From the NCBI RefSeq assembly GCF_009834535.1, contig NC_045696.1, positions 87,794,001 through 87,858,000 of the forward strand: a stretch of DNA of 64,000 bases. The letters are read 5' to 3'. The notes beneath the pieces were generated by a model that worked only from the letters and a program-made list of their open reading frames with translations, did no database searches and was not told where the DNA came from. Numbering within the stretch: the stretch's first letter is position 1; each line of letters begins with the position of its first letter. The position numbers were made by a program, and so were the translations under genes. Of this stretch, positions 51,216-64,000 are shown in pieces. Source of the stretch: Camelus ferus (lineage: Eukaryota).

Positions 51216-52999
51216 TTTATAGCCCTAAAAATACTCAAAAGATAAGGTTTGGTCCCGCCTTGGGGACAATTTAATGGAAGACAGATACAGAAATGAATAG
51301 CTAAAATGTGATATTGTTACAACTCACTATTGAAACATCAGTGCAGAAGTGACTGATTTGTTGTTCAGTTTGGTTCGTTTTAATTGATAAAAGCCACAGT
51401 TATATCTGCTGGAGGCTCTTTAGAACACTTAATGACCACCAAGACTGCCAGCCTGGGAATAAGAAGACCTAAGCCCTACGCTCATTTCCAACATGAATTA
51501 GCTGGGTGAGCCTTAATGTCATCATGTGAAAATGAATTGGATTGCTAGGTGACTGCTAAGATTCCTTTCCCCTCCCACATTTACAAAAATTTTCTAATGT
51601 TATATTTCCTGCTATTTGCCTTTTCTTCCATCTCCTCAGCCCTGTGTTTTTAAATCATTTAAAGAGAAATTTTTTAATTTATTTTCTTTGATCATGGAAA
51701 ACCAACACTATTTTTTTTTTTGAAAACCAACACTATTATTAGGTCATGAGAGAAGATCACAGACCACCATCCAGAAAATGAGATTTTAAACTGACCCTTT
51801 GCAACCAGCAGAAACCTCCCCTCATGTCTCCTTGCCTGCTTTCTGGGAGACATCTCGTCCCTGTCCAGAGTTTGTACAAGTTTATTAAACAGATGAGTGT
51901 AAGGGGAATGACAGTGCCAGCAACCCTACAGTATGTAAATGAAGGGCCATGACAAAGCTTCCTGAAAGGAAATGGATGAACAGATTGGCTAAATCGGCTA
52001 CGGATGAAAAATTGATCAACACAAGTACCAAATAATGAACAGCCCTAGGATATTTTCACTGCTTGAAAAAAGAAAACAGATTATTTTTCATTTCAAATTC
52101 TCTGTCGTTAACACTGGAAATACCTAGCCCTCTCTGACCCTGAAGAATTTTCAAGCCAGGACCCACTCACAGAACAGAACTCACAATGAAATAGCTCAGG
52201 CTGCCAGGGGAAGGGCTGGGGAACTGACAAGAAACAAACTGCCTGCTGGGCTGGGAACTGTCAAAACTTAACAAAAAAAAAAAAAAGGGTATTTTCAACA
52301 AGCTATTATTTAAGGGTGGCAAGGGAAGAGGGGGGTGAATACTTGGGTTTCTCCCACCCTGAACTTCAACTTTGGATTTTGAAGGAGAAAAGGAAGCTTT
52401 ATTTAGAATAATGGTTTAATCAAAGCCTACATTTCTGTGAATTCATGTCACTTTCCCTTTACAGCCAGCTTAGCTTCCTAGCATGCCAGGAACAAAGACT
52501 CTGCTGGCAGAGGAAGACCCCGACACAGCCTATCTGCTGCTATTCCAAAGCATTTGTAAAACCCACCTCCGTGCCCGGGGATGCCCAACCGTCCCCCTAC
52601 CCGCCGCCCTGCCCCATGCAAGCTCAGGCCATCCAGTAAGGGCTTTCCACTCCCAGGGGATTCTTTTGCTCTTACCATGTTACTGCTTCTGATTTTCCTT
52701 TTGAGGATTTTTAACTGACACTTCAAATAACATCACACTCAAACTTGGTTTGTTAGCATGGATGTGCTCTGCCTCTCCTTTTAAGAGAAAAGCTTAAAGC
52801 TCAGTAATTAAAATGCTGATTAACTTTTAAATATTGAAGTGTTTTATTTTGCTTCTGAGGACTTCAGGCTTCAAAAGCTGAGATTCCTTATGTGGGGCTG
52901 AGGGGTGTTGCTTCTTATTATTATAAACATGGAGCATTAAGGAAAAGGGAAAGATTTTTGGGAAGCTCAGGTGAATGCACTGTTAGGGACGTTAGAAAC

Positions 53000-53240
53000 A
53001 CAGATGAATCCCAAAAAGGAGTGTTAGTTCTGTGGAGCATAAGGCTTTGCAAATGCCAATGGCTGGGAGAGACTAGAACACTGACCTTCTTGGGTGGCAA
53101 TGGGGAAAAAGGTAGAGATGAGTCTGGAAAAGTAGGAAAAAGCCAGATCATAGGAAGGAGTTTGATTTAATTCCAAGAGTAACTGGCAGGGAGTTGAGGC
53201 TTTTAAATAGGGGTCTGATGTGATCAGCTATGTTCTTAAA
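53000..53240 (-). mobile_element. L2 fragment
   Basis: GAGATGAGTCTGGAAAAGTAGG..AGCCAGATCAT..AAGGAGTTTGATTTAATTC. Confidence 0.55.
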
Positions 53241-53289
53241 AGAAAATGTTTTAAAGTTTGTAATTACCTAGCAATGTGTATATATGCAC

Positions 53290-53490
53290 ACTGAATGCTT
53301 ACTATGTGCCAGATAATATTCTAAGGGCTTTACATAGGAGCCCTATGAGATAGGTATGACTGCTATCCCTCTTTACAGATCAGGAAGCTGAGGCACAGAA
53401 AGTTAAGTCACTTGCCCAGGATGACATGGTTTGTAAGTGACAGTTGTGATCCAAACCCAAGCAGTATGATTGAAGCATTCATGCATTTCA
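53290..53490 (-). mobile_element. MIR SINE
   Basis: TTTACAGATCAGGAAGCTGAGGCACAGAAAGTTAAGTCACTTGCCCAGG. Confidence 0.85.
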
Positions 53491-54289
53491 ACCATTATGG
53501 AATACAACGTTAAATCAATGCCCAGTCTAAGGTTACTGATAGTACCCACATCTGCAATATAAATTGTGTCAAATAATTTATATAAAATCCACTCCACTCT
53601 CTAGTCCTCCAGGTAGACAATATTATTAAGTATGATGAATTCTGGACTTTCCACTATTTTCATTTTCCCAAAGAATGAGGGATTTCAGGTATTCATAATA
53701 AAGTGCCTTATGTGAATTTTCCTTAGGAAATAACTCAGAATAATAATGATGATGATAACACATAACATAATCCATAAGGCAAAAATCCTTAACCTTCAAA
53801 TGTCCCCTTTCACTTCTCTATTTTAATTGACACACAGATATTCCCTGAGGGTATTTCTTTTCAGCTATTGTAGCTATTCTTTCCCAGAGATAGAAGAGAT
53901 ATGTCTATCTTGCTCCTCTAAATCACTCTTAGACCAAATCTCTTCCTTTCTCCCTCAAATCCCATCTACTGCTCCTCCTTGTTAAGCTGTCTAGTGATCT
54001 TCCTGAGACCTCTCACCTAGTGATTCCAGTGCTTTCCTATGGGCCAGCAGTTACTTGTCTTTCCCCCTCATCCTACTTAGACTCCATGATTTATCATATA
54101 ATTGTGCTCTTATATATACCTCATTTAACCACCTCTGCCCCCTTGCCCTTGACTGGCACCCCCCTGAAAAAACTCAATCATTTGTTTTCTCAGTCCCTGA
54201 CTCTTTAAACTAGAAAGGAGCGTCAGCACTAGAAATCTGTGTCTGCCAACTTCAAATGCGCCTCACACTCCACTTCTGTCCCAAGTGAG

Positions 54290-54440
54290 AGTCTGCTCTA
54301 GCCCTGGGCAAATTATTTGGGAAATCTAAGATGCTTGGGCATGACCCTACCCCTATTAAACCAATTTCTATGGGTTAGGCAAAGTTTAGCATATCTTTAA
54401 GTTGCTTAGATGATTCTAATGTGCAGATCAAATTAAAATA
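54290..54440. mobile_element. MER5A-like MITE
   Basis: GATGCTTGGGCATGACCC..TTAAACCAATTTCTATGGG..AGATGATTCTAATGTGCAG. Confidence 0.6.
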
Positions 54441-54479
54441 AAAAACAGTCTTTACCACTTTCAGCTGCTGATCTATCTC

Positions 54480-55270
54480 ATTTCAAATTTCTCTGAGAAA
54501 TAAAAGCCATTATGAGAATTCCCTCACCTTCTTACAGCAAATTCACAAAACCCTGTCAATTCTATCTCCAAATTTTGTCACAAATTCTTCCATATCTCAC
54601 CATCTTTACCATCACAATCCTGGCCCAAAGCCACCATCATCTCATACCTGATCCCTGGAGCTTCGCATCAGCCTCCCTAATTCTATTTTCTCCATTCACT
54701 ACAAACTATTCTCCGCTCACTATCTAGACTGATTTTTTTTTTAAGTTAAGAACATTCTATGACTTCTTACCTCAATGAGAATATAATCCAAGCTCTTTGC
54801 CATGGCCTTCAATATCTATGCGCTCTATTACTTGTTTAACTACTAAATCTCATCTGTTGTATATGCCCCTCTTTTCCTCCTCTCAGTATAAGTCGAACAT
54901 TAGCTTCCATCACTCCACAAATCAGGAGCCTCCCATAGCTGTTGCTTCTGGCCTGACCTCTGGTCTACCCTCATCCCCACTTCCACATTTTACTTGGCTA
55001 ACTCCTACTCATATTCAGGCTTTCCATCTAAATGTCTCTTCCACAGAGAGAAGTTCTCTGTGCCCCAGTAAAGTTTGTTCCCTCTATTTTTCTTTCTTAT
55101 AATATCCTGAGTATTCCTTCCTAATACTTCTCATTTTTTGTAATTATTATTTCAAATCTGTGTTTAGACATTTAATGGAGGTAGGCTTCATGAGGTCAGG
55201 AACCAGGGTGAATTATTCTCCACTGCATGCAAAGTACCTAGTTTGGTGCCTGTCACATGGCAGAAAAGCA
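54480..55270 (+). mobile_element. L2 3' region
   Basis: CCCTGTCAATTCTATCTCCAAA, GGCTAACTCCTACTCAT, GCTTCATGAGGTCAGGAACC..GTGCCTGTCACATGG. Confidence 0.75.
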
Positions 55271-55862
55271 GTATCTATCTCCTGATCTTTTGCTATGTTA
55301 GATCACCTTGAGCTTGTTTTCCAAATCTTGGCAAGTGACTCCTAACAACTTTTTTAAAACATTCAGCCCAAACTATAATTTCTTAATTATGATTATAATG
55401 TTGTCAAACTATATTAGAAGCACTTCAGATTTGATTATACCATCAATCAGGTCATGTGTAAAGCATTCTTTCTCATAACAATTCATGCATAATTATGTTC
55501 CCTGATACCCAGATTGTAGTCTATTCTGCAATTACAACACATCCAGGATTAAATCCTACTAGTATGTGTCTCCATCTGATAAATGGATTACTTTTATCTT
55601 TCATTTCTTATTTTGTGGTTTTGATCAAATTAAATAGTTATGCACTAATTCAATTTTATTAGTCACTCAAAGCACTATCTCTTGGCTGTACTGATCCTTT
55701 CATTGAATGTATTTTCAATTTAACTTACCCTTATCTGTATAATTTTATTCTATCTTCTTTGATTCATTCTTTCATTAATTTTTGACTTGGATGCTAAGCT
55801 AACTTCTAGTCATTCTCCTTTTCAACTGTAAAAATGAAGGCTACATAAATAACCCTGTATAT

Positions 55863-56062
55863 CAGAGATTGGCAAACTGCAGTTTGCAGGCCAAATCCAA
55901 CTATGGTCTATGCTCCCAGGGCTAAGAATGGTTTTTATATTTTTAAAGAGTTGAAAATACAAAATGAAAAACAAAAAATATGTAACAGAAATCATGTGTA
56001 GCTCATAAGACCTAAAATATTTATTCACTGGCTCTTTACAGAAAAAGTTCTCTAATCCTTGA
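55863..56062 (+). mobile_element. MER58B/C-like hAT MITE
   Basis: CAGAGATTGGCAAACT..GCTAAGAATGGTTTTTATATTTTTAAA..CCTAAAATATTTA..CTTTACAGAAAAAGTT. Confidence 0.75.
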
Positions 56063-57281
56063 TTTAAATAATGCTTTAGTTGCATCCTGTAATTTTGTTA
56101 TACAGTATTTTAATTACCATTTAACTTCCAGTATTCCTATGTGCCATTATAATTTCATCTTTGGCCTATAAATTATTTAGAGATATATTTTTTTTACATC
56201 ATAAGTGTCATTTTGTATTTTGTTCCATTGTTGATACTAACTTAATTTCTTTTTGGTAAGATGACTTGGCATGTTTAATAGCAAATACTTGACAAAAGTC
56301 CAGACTTGCTTTGTAACCTACTACATGATCAGTATTTTTGCAAGATCTATGAATGCTTGAAAAGAATCTTTATCTTTCAAATGCTGGTTGTATGACTCTA
56401 TTCATACAACCATTAAATCCAGTTATTTAATCAATTTGTTCAAATCATCTATATTCTTGTTGACATTTTGTTCATTGATCTATTGACTACTAGGAAAGGC
56501 AGGCTAATATTTCCCATAAATATGTTTATCTATTTGTTTATCTATTTGTCTTGTATTTCCAATTATTTTGCTTTATGTATCTTGAAGCTATATTATCAGT
56601 TACATACAAGCTTAAAATTTCTGTATCTCTTGGTGACTTGAATCTTAAATCTATCAACCTTAGCAATGCTTCTTACCTTCAAAATAATCCTATCTGATTT
56701 TAGTATAGCTATAGCAATATTCATCAAATTAGTGTGGCTTATCTTTTTATATTACTTTATTTTCATCTTTGTTATATCACTATAAATAGAAGTTAACTGG
56801 ATTATTATAAACATATGTAGATCTGACAGTTTTTAAACTAGAAAATATATTTACTTAAATTTATTTTGATTGCTGATGTATCTCGATTCCTTTCTACCTT
56901 CTTATTTTGCATCTTAACTTTTTCTACTATTTCTGTTTAATTTTTCTCTTATTTTCAACTGAGTTTTAATTTTCATTCCATTTTTTTCTGGCAGAAAGAA
57001 CGCAATGCACTCCAATTACCACAGAAATAATCAAATGCATTTTTAACTTGACAACTTGACAAAAATCTATGGTTAATCAACTTACCAGTCTTAACAAGGG
57101 CACCACGGTGCTTGAACTGTAATTATTCCCTTTACAGACTACAGATTAATAATAATTTAGTTTCTCTTGTTTTTCTTACATTCCTTCAAATTAGACTATT
57201 AATGTTGTACTTGTTCACTTTTTGCTTAGCAGTTTATCTTAATGTTTGCCAGGTCTTCCTGCTTCTTAAGTATTCCTTATG

Positions 57282-57924
57282 CAGTCGATCCTCAGTATTC
57301 ATAGATTCTGCATTTGTGAATTTGCATGCTTGCTAAAATTTATAAGCCCAAAATCTATCACGCTGGCTCTCTTGCAGTCATTTGCAGATATACACATGCT
57401 CATGGTGAACAAAAATTTGAGTCCCTCAATGCACATGTTCCCAGATGATGCAAAACAAGGTGACATTCTGCTTTGTTGTTTCAGCTCTCATTCTGTAAAC
57501 AAGTGTCCTTTTCATGGCCTATTTAGCATCATGCTTTTTTGCATTTTTGTTAGTGATTTCAACTGTTTAAATAGCCCCCAAGCATAGTGCTGAGGTTCTG
57601 TCTAGTGTTCTTAAGCACAAGGAGACTGTGACGTGCCTCACAGAGAATTTATGTATGTTAGATAAGTTTTGTTCAGGCATGAGTTATAGCACTGTTGGCC
57701 ATGATGTCAGTGTAAATGAATCAAAAATATATATTAAATAAGGTTTCTTTAAACAGAAACACTCATAAAACAAAGTCATATGTTGACTGGCTGGCAAAAA
57801 ATATCATGACTAGAGACTTATAGAAACACAATTCTATTTCTCCTGGGAGAAAAAGTTCAGTATTTTTGCAGTGTTCATGGTGACTTCATAGTACATAACT
57901 GTAGCAAATAACAAGAATAAACTA
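57282..57924 (+). mobile_element. MER82-like TcMar-Tigger non-autonomous element, near full length
   Basis: CAGTCGATCCTCAGTATTC start with inverted end AAATAACAAGAATAAACTA followed by TA; internal TTTCAGCTCTCATTCTGTAAACAAGTGTCCTTTTC. Confidence 0.8.
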
Positions 57925-59559
57925 TATTATGATTTTCCTTCCTCCCGGAATACATTCTTTTGAATAATTTAATGAGATTTTATTTGTGATAAAACCACTC
58001 AGTTTTCATTTATTTAAGTATAACTTTATTTTATCTTCATTCTTGACAGTTTCACTAAGTATAGAATATTGAATTGCTAACTACTTTTTTTCTTTTAGCA
58101 CAGTGAAAGTGTTTTTCCATTGTTTTCTGTTTTCTATTATTACTACTAAGAAATCAATATCGGGCTAATTGTGTTCCTTTTTAATTAATTTATCTTTTTC
58201 CTCTGATCATTTTTAAACATTTTCTTTGCTTTGCTGTTCTGAAACCTGTTAAACTTTCTGACTGGTAATTATCTTCAGTTCTGGAAAATACACACTTACT
58301 TGTTTTTCCCTTTTAATATTTTATTTCCTCCATTCTCTTTTTCTGGGACACTGAAGAGATGTACTTTAAATCTTCTCAATCTATGTTCTATGTCTCTAAA
58401 ACTCCTTAACATTTTCTATTTCTCTGTGCTTACCTGTGAATATTTTCTTCAGATTAGTTTCCAACCACTCTACTCTCTTCATCTGTACTATTCTGAATTT
58501 TAACAACCTATTGACTAAGTTCAATGATTATGTATAACATTTTCTAATGCTGATGTTTTATTTGATTCCTTTTTTTTTTTTAACTTTGTCCATGTTTATA
58601 GTCTTTTATTCCTTGGTTGCTTGTGATACCTATTTTGTCCCAAACATGCACATTTTATATTTTGTATCTGCTATTTTTGCTATCTGCAGTCTTACACAGT
58701 TCAAATTATTCTGTTTGCTGCTCCGGCTTATATTTCTGTATGGTGATTCCCTTTCTTGCCTTATGACTTTTTTGTTTTCATAATCTTTGCACATTTATCT
58801 GTGATACTTTTCTGAGGTCTGGGCTTAAATCATTTCCCTCTGGAGAGGATGTGCATTTGGTTCTTCTAGGCATCCAGGGGCACATCTGACTGGACCAATT
58901 GAAACTAAATTTCTAGCTAAATTCACAAGGTATGAATACTTGCCCTAGGCTAAGAAATGCTATGGAGTGACATTTCTTTCTCTCATTCTACCCCAAGCTG
59001 AGGATGACATATGCACATTTTCCTCCACACTTCCTACAAAACAGGCAATTCTGTAGTTCACTACTTATCATTATCAACTCTCAGAGGATTCTGATTATGC
59101 AAGGTCAAAGGATGTCTCTAAATCCATCAGAATCATAAAAGGTCATCAGTGATCACCACAGATCCTCAGGACAAAAGTTGGATTCACTACTTCCAGTCCT
59201 CTCAGTAATTTTCTGAATTCAAGGTTTTTTATATTTATGCCCTCCCCCAAAATGCATTTAAAATGTTTTAAAAATATTTCATTTTGTATACTTCTTCTGC
59301 CATGCACCCAAAAAGGGACATCTAAATCAATGTCTTAACAGAATTTTGTAAATAATCTATTATGATCACATTATATGATTGCATTAAAATTCCCTTGAGT
59401 AATTCTTATGTTCTTATATTAGCCACCTTCTCAAACTAATAAAAAATAAGCAATATGTAGATTGATAATATATATAGATCAACATAACTATAACACATTA
59501 CTATATATAGGCTATGTTAGGGAAAGAGTGATGCCTTTCACACTAGAAAATATGATACA

Positions 59560-59945
59560 TATTATGGATTGAACCATATCTGCCCAGAAATCATATGTCA
59601 AAGCCTAACCTCCAGTGTGACTATTTTTGGAAATAGGGTCTTTAAGAAAATAGCTGAGGTTAAATAAGGTCATTAGAGTGGGGCCCTAATCAATGGGACT
59701 GATGTCCTTGTAAGAAGAGAAAGAGACACCAGGAGTTCCCAAACACAAAGGAAAGGCCATGTTGAAGACACAGCAAAAAGGCACAGCCATCTACAAGCCA
59801 GGGAGAGAGGCCTCACCAGAAACCAAACCTGCCCACACCTTGATCTTGGATTCCAGCCTCCAGAACTGAGATAAAACTAATTTCTGTTGTTTAAGCCACC
59901 TAGTCTGTGGTGTTTTGATATCACAACCCTAGTAGTCTAAATACA
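59560..59945 (+). mobile_element. MLT1A-like MaLR solo LTR
   Basis: GTGGGCCCTAATC, GCCATCTACAAGCCAGGGAGAGAGGCCTCACCAGAAACCAA, TTTCTGTTGTTTAAGCCACC, end AATACA. Confidence 0.85.
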
Positions 59946-60249
59946 ATGTATAGGAATACATTAAGTTCTTTAAAATGCACATTCATAATAGAAAAATACA
60001 GTTGTATGAATATCGTTACAGACTTAGAACATTCAATGAAGTGTTTTTCAAAACAATACAGAGCAGAACAAAACAAAACAAACAGAACTTCCCAATGTCA
60101 GTAAAACTTCACTGACAGGTGAAAAATATCAACAGTTCATATACTATGTAATATACACTGCTTAACATTTTGATAAGCACCAATGAAATTTTTCATTGGC
60201 ATCTCATGTATGAAATCAAAACTTTCATAATAACAAGCTAAATTGCTCA

Positions 60250-61230
60250 AACAAGAAAATATAACCTTATAATTGATACTCTCCTAACACTGTCAAATAG
60301 ATGAAGAAAGAAAAAGAAGAAGCCAAATAAATTAAGAGTATTTTCAGGTAGAAAATGAAAACAAATGTTGAAAATATTTTAACGTAATAAATATACAATA
60401 TATTAAGAATTGTGAGATACAGTAAAAGAAATGCCAATGAGAAAATCTATAGATTTAAGTGTATGTGTAAGAAGAGAGGAAAGATTGAAAATTCAAAGAG
60501 CTAAGCTTCCAAGGATAGAAACTAGAAAAAGAGCAAATCAAAACTTAAAAAAATAGAAGAAAGGAAATAACAAAGGGAAAAGCAGAAATCAGTGAAGTAG
60601 ATAAAAGATAACAAATGTAAAATAAAAACTTTAAGACCATAATTGGTAATTTAAAAAGATTAGCAAGCTTTACAAACCACTAGTAAGATTGATCAAGAAA
60701 AACACAATGAAAATACAAGTTACCAATATAAAGAAGACAAAGGGAATTACAGACATTAAAAGGAAAATGAACAGGTATTATGAATAATTTTATACCAATT
60801 AATTTTAAAATTTGAATGAAATAGACAAATCCCTTTAAAAACACAGCTTACTAAAACAGACCAAAGATAAAACAGAAAATCAAAATATACAACTATGCAA
60901 TTGAATCCGTTAGTTAAAATCTTCCCAAAACTGTAACTCTAGATTCCCATACTTTTACCAATGAATTCTTCCTAGCCAATCTAATATAAACCCTTTTCGA
61001 TAAGAGAGGGAAAAAAGGGAAATGTCTCCAACATTTTGGAAGGGCTAGCACAATCTTGATTCCAAAAGCTGATGAGAATCAAAGAAACAATTATAAACTA
61101 GTTTCTCTCGTTAACATATTTGGAAAAATCTTTAACAAGGTATTAGTAAATGTAATTCAGCAACCCCTAAGAAGGGTTGTACAACATGACCAAGTGAAGT
61201 TTATTCAAAGAATGCAAGGATGATAAATCA
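60250..61230 (+). mobile_element. Ancient L1M ORF2 fragment
   Basis: A-rich sense L1 with CAACATGACCAAGTGAAGTTTATTCAAAGAATGCAAGG (HDQVGFIPGMQG-like). Confidence 0.7.
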
Positions 61231-62841
61231 ACTTACAGAAGAAAAAAATAAATAAATAATAAGGTATTAATTGTCCACCTGAGTTTTGAGATTAAGATGT
61301 TTACAATGTAATTTTTCTAAAACCTTAAAAATCTGTCTTTCTGAATCAACTTAAAGTATACATATTGATAAAAAGCCAAACAAGTTAAAACACCAGGGCA
61401 TAAAATCAATTCTGAAATACTCTCAAAGTATATTTGTAGAAAGGTCTTAAATCAAAATTTATTCTAAAAAGTAATCTCAAATTCAGGTCTGACTTGAGTG
61501 TACAGTTGTGCTTTATCTCAAGAAGCCAAAGTAACTGATGTAATTCACCTGCAAAAATAGTCTATGATTTCTCTTCAGTGCATCTTTCTTAAAAATCCAA
61601 TGATTTATAAGGCATTCTTATAAATAATATTATAAATTTATAAATTTCCACAGAATCACAAAATCATTCTATGCTATGCACACAGAAAGGATGTCTGTAC
61701 TTTCATATTACCTAAGAGCAATACATCTAATTTCTGCCCAGTGTAAGTGAATGACCAAGATATCATCACCTTCTTACTGTACAGAAAGAATTTAGTATCT
61801 ACTAAAATTATAACAATGCCACATTTAAACATCAGGTAGCCTAAACATTTCTGTCATTAGAAATATGCTAAGTTTATATTTCAAGTAAACATGGCATGAC
61901 ATTATTAAACTATAAGCTGAATTTCATTGCTTTCAAAAGGAACTACTTCTATAATAAAAAATTTCATCTCTCTCAAGTTAATTAATTGAATTAAATATCA
62001 TATAATCGAATTCTATATAGTTGGTAACATTTTCAGTAGGTTATTTCAAATATGAGACTTCAAAATCTTATTCAAAGTAATAAATTATAGTTAAGATCAA
62101 TTTCACACTACATCCCATTAAGATTTTGAATGAACTATTAATTGTAACTTTGTAACTAACCAATTGAGGGTTTTATGGCTACATATACTGTTGTTAATCA
62201 AGTTTTATTTTCTTTACTGGTCATAATAAAATACTAAGACTGTCTCTTAAAATGTTCATAAACCTAATTTATACTTTCACCTGAAATATTTGTTCAGTTA
62301 TCCTGAGAATGTCACAGATAACTGTAAATAGGTTAAAGTATTTATTTTTCCAATTACCTAAAAAATTTAAAAGCTTAAAAGTCAGGGTAATGTATAAGTA
62401 GACAAATACAATGTTCATAATTAAAACACTATATCCTCGAACCTCAATAAAAATTTGAAAAAATATGTATTTAATGCCAGTTACCAGTTAATTTTGTACT
62501 CAACTAATTTTGCTGTGTGTATAAGAAACAAATCAAGTAATATTTATTTGGAGGGAGAAATAATTGAAGACTAAGTTCTTCAGTAGCTGTTGATGAGCAT
62601 GAATTTACCTATATGGGAGCTGATATTATCCTTTAAGAAGTCAGAAGATATGGTAGAAAAGGACATTCATGTCAGATGGCAAAGCCCTCAAAGAAGAAGA
62701 CAAATTAAGTGGGAGGTCAGAAGAAAAAAGCAACCAGAGGAGCACTGGATCATACACACTTAGGCAGCATCTACCTGAACAGAGCAGAAGAATATAAAAG
62801 TGACAATAGGAGCAAGCAGAACATCAAAAGCAGAACCTAAT

Positions 62842-62937
62842 TCAGTGCCTGACAAAGATTATATACGCATTAGATATTTATTGAATAAGTGTTTGCTGAA
62901 TAGATGTTTGTTCAACAAGTGAATTAAAAATGAATGG
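62842..62937 (+). mobile_element. L2 3' tail
   Basis: CAGTGCCTGACA..ATATTTATTGAAT..TGTTTGCTGAAT..TGAATG. Confidence 0.5.
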
Positions 62938-63001
62938 CTAAGTTTGCTAACATCGCTTCTGCTTCCTGGTATAACCAAGCATGGGAGACTAAGACTATAC
63001 T

Positions 63002-63170
63002 GAAAGGGAAGGGAAAGGGAAAGGGAAAGGGAAAGGGAAAGGGAAAGGGAAAGGGAAAGGGAAAGGAAAGGAAAGGAAAGGAAAGGAAAGGAAAGGAAAG
63101 GAAAGGAAAGGAAAGGAAAGGAAAGGAAAGGAAAGGAAAGGAAAGGAAAGGAAAGGAAAGGAAAGGAAAA
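63002..63170. repeat. (GAAAGG)n followed by (GAAAG)n polypurine microsatellite
   Basis: Visible hexamer then pentamer arrays. Confidence 0.95.
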
Positions 63171-63486
63171 AAAGAAAAGAGTTAAGGTTCTCAAAGAAGA
63201 GCCTAACATTCATTAAGTCAGGGAAACAAGGACATGTCTTAAAAAGAGAGGAGGTTTGAGAATGGGAGAGTGGTTACAGAGCAGTGAAAAAGGAAGCAGA
63301 TCATCAGTGCCTAAAATACTGAAAGTTTGTAATTGGCTCAAAAATTTTTGCATGCAGGATTAATGGAATCCAAGAGAAAATAACTATGGAAGCATCACTC
63401 TTTGGGAAAAATTTCTTCCTGTATACACTCATAACCCCCTTTTAAAATATTCATCATCACTTGTTTAAGACTCTGACTTCCCAAAG

Positions 63487-63595
63487 TAGACTATACATTT
63501 CCTGATTGAAGGAACCATGTTTAACATTTCACCACTTGTCCCAACACCTACTATGGTGCTTGGCACACAGTAAACATAAATAAAGTGTGAATGAA
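63487..63595 (+). mobile_element. L2 3' end
   Basis: TAGACTATA..GGAACCATGT..CCCAACACCTA..GTGCTTGGCACACAGTA. Confidence 0.6.
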
Positions 63596-63739
63596 AAGAG
63601 AAGAAGGAAAGAAGAGAGAAAGGGAGGGAGGGAGGAAAATGAGATGCAGGGAGTGACAGAGAAAATAGGATGGCTAATGGAAGAAAACAAGGGTTGAAAA
63701 TGAAACCACCCACACTACTCCTTAAATTGATTCCAAGGC

Positions 63740-64000
63740 AAATCTCCCCACAGAACAAAGATGCAAAAATCCTCAACAAAATATTAGCAAACTGAATTCA
63801 GCAATACATTAAAACGATAATAAACCATGTGGGATTTATCCCAGGGATGCCAGGATGATTCAATATCTGCAAATTAAATAATATGATGCATATAATAATA
63901 AAATGATGGATTAAAAAATCCTATGATCATCTCAATAGCTGCACAAAAAGCATTTGACAAAATTCAACATTCATTCATGATAAAAAAAAAAACTCTCAAC
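63740..64000 (+). mobile_element. L1 ORF2 RT-region fragment running off the window
   Basis: GATGCAAAAATCCTCAACAAAATATTAGCAAAC (DAKILNKILAN) and GCATTTGACAAAATTCAACAT (AFDKIQH), with in-frame stops. Confidence 0.9.

Larger units (their letters stand above)
55490..59000 (-). mobile_element. Ancient fragmented L1M carrying nested DNA transposons
   Basis: Antisense L1 motifs GCTTTAGTTGCATCC, TGCTTGAAAAGAAT, TTCATTCTTGA..GTATAGAAT, CAGTTCTGGAAAAT. Confidence 0.55.

Noticed and set aside
52445..52726. Overlapping 64-82 aa ORFs
   Set aside because: These are expected in locally GC-rich DNA and have no recognisable homology.
62859..63213. Three repetitive ORFs (KG/FP/SL repeats)
   Set aside because: They are microsatellite read-through.
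1..64000. CRISPR arrays, operons, defence or other prokaryotic systems
   Set aside because: The sequence is mammalian and repeat-rich, with no spaced repeats and no long ORFs.

Overview
AT-rich, CpG-poor mammalian genomic DNA, not prokaryotic. It is most likely camelid, inferred from a vic-1-like tRNA-derived SINE head at the window start and several lineage-type L1 3' ends. Roughly half the window is decayed interspersed repeats: L1, L2, MIR, MaLR/ERVL/ERV1 LTRs, and hAT and Tigger DNA transposons. Family names are recognised by eye and boundaries are approximate. No protein-coding gene, RNA gene or CRISPR array can be supported. The ORF track consists of chance ORFs, microsatellite read-throughs and L1 debris. 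I did not find a new biological system. The observations most worth following up are: (1) a MER41-like ERV1 solo LTR with altered STAT-type motifs; (2) two internally deleted L1 copies that rejoin ORF2 at nearly the same position; (3) a fold-back inverted duplication at an L1 5' junction; (4) four poly(A)-only insertions flanked by target-site duplications (TSDs); (5) a few unverified exon-like segments in unique sequence.
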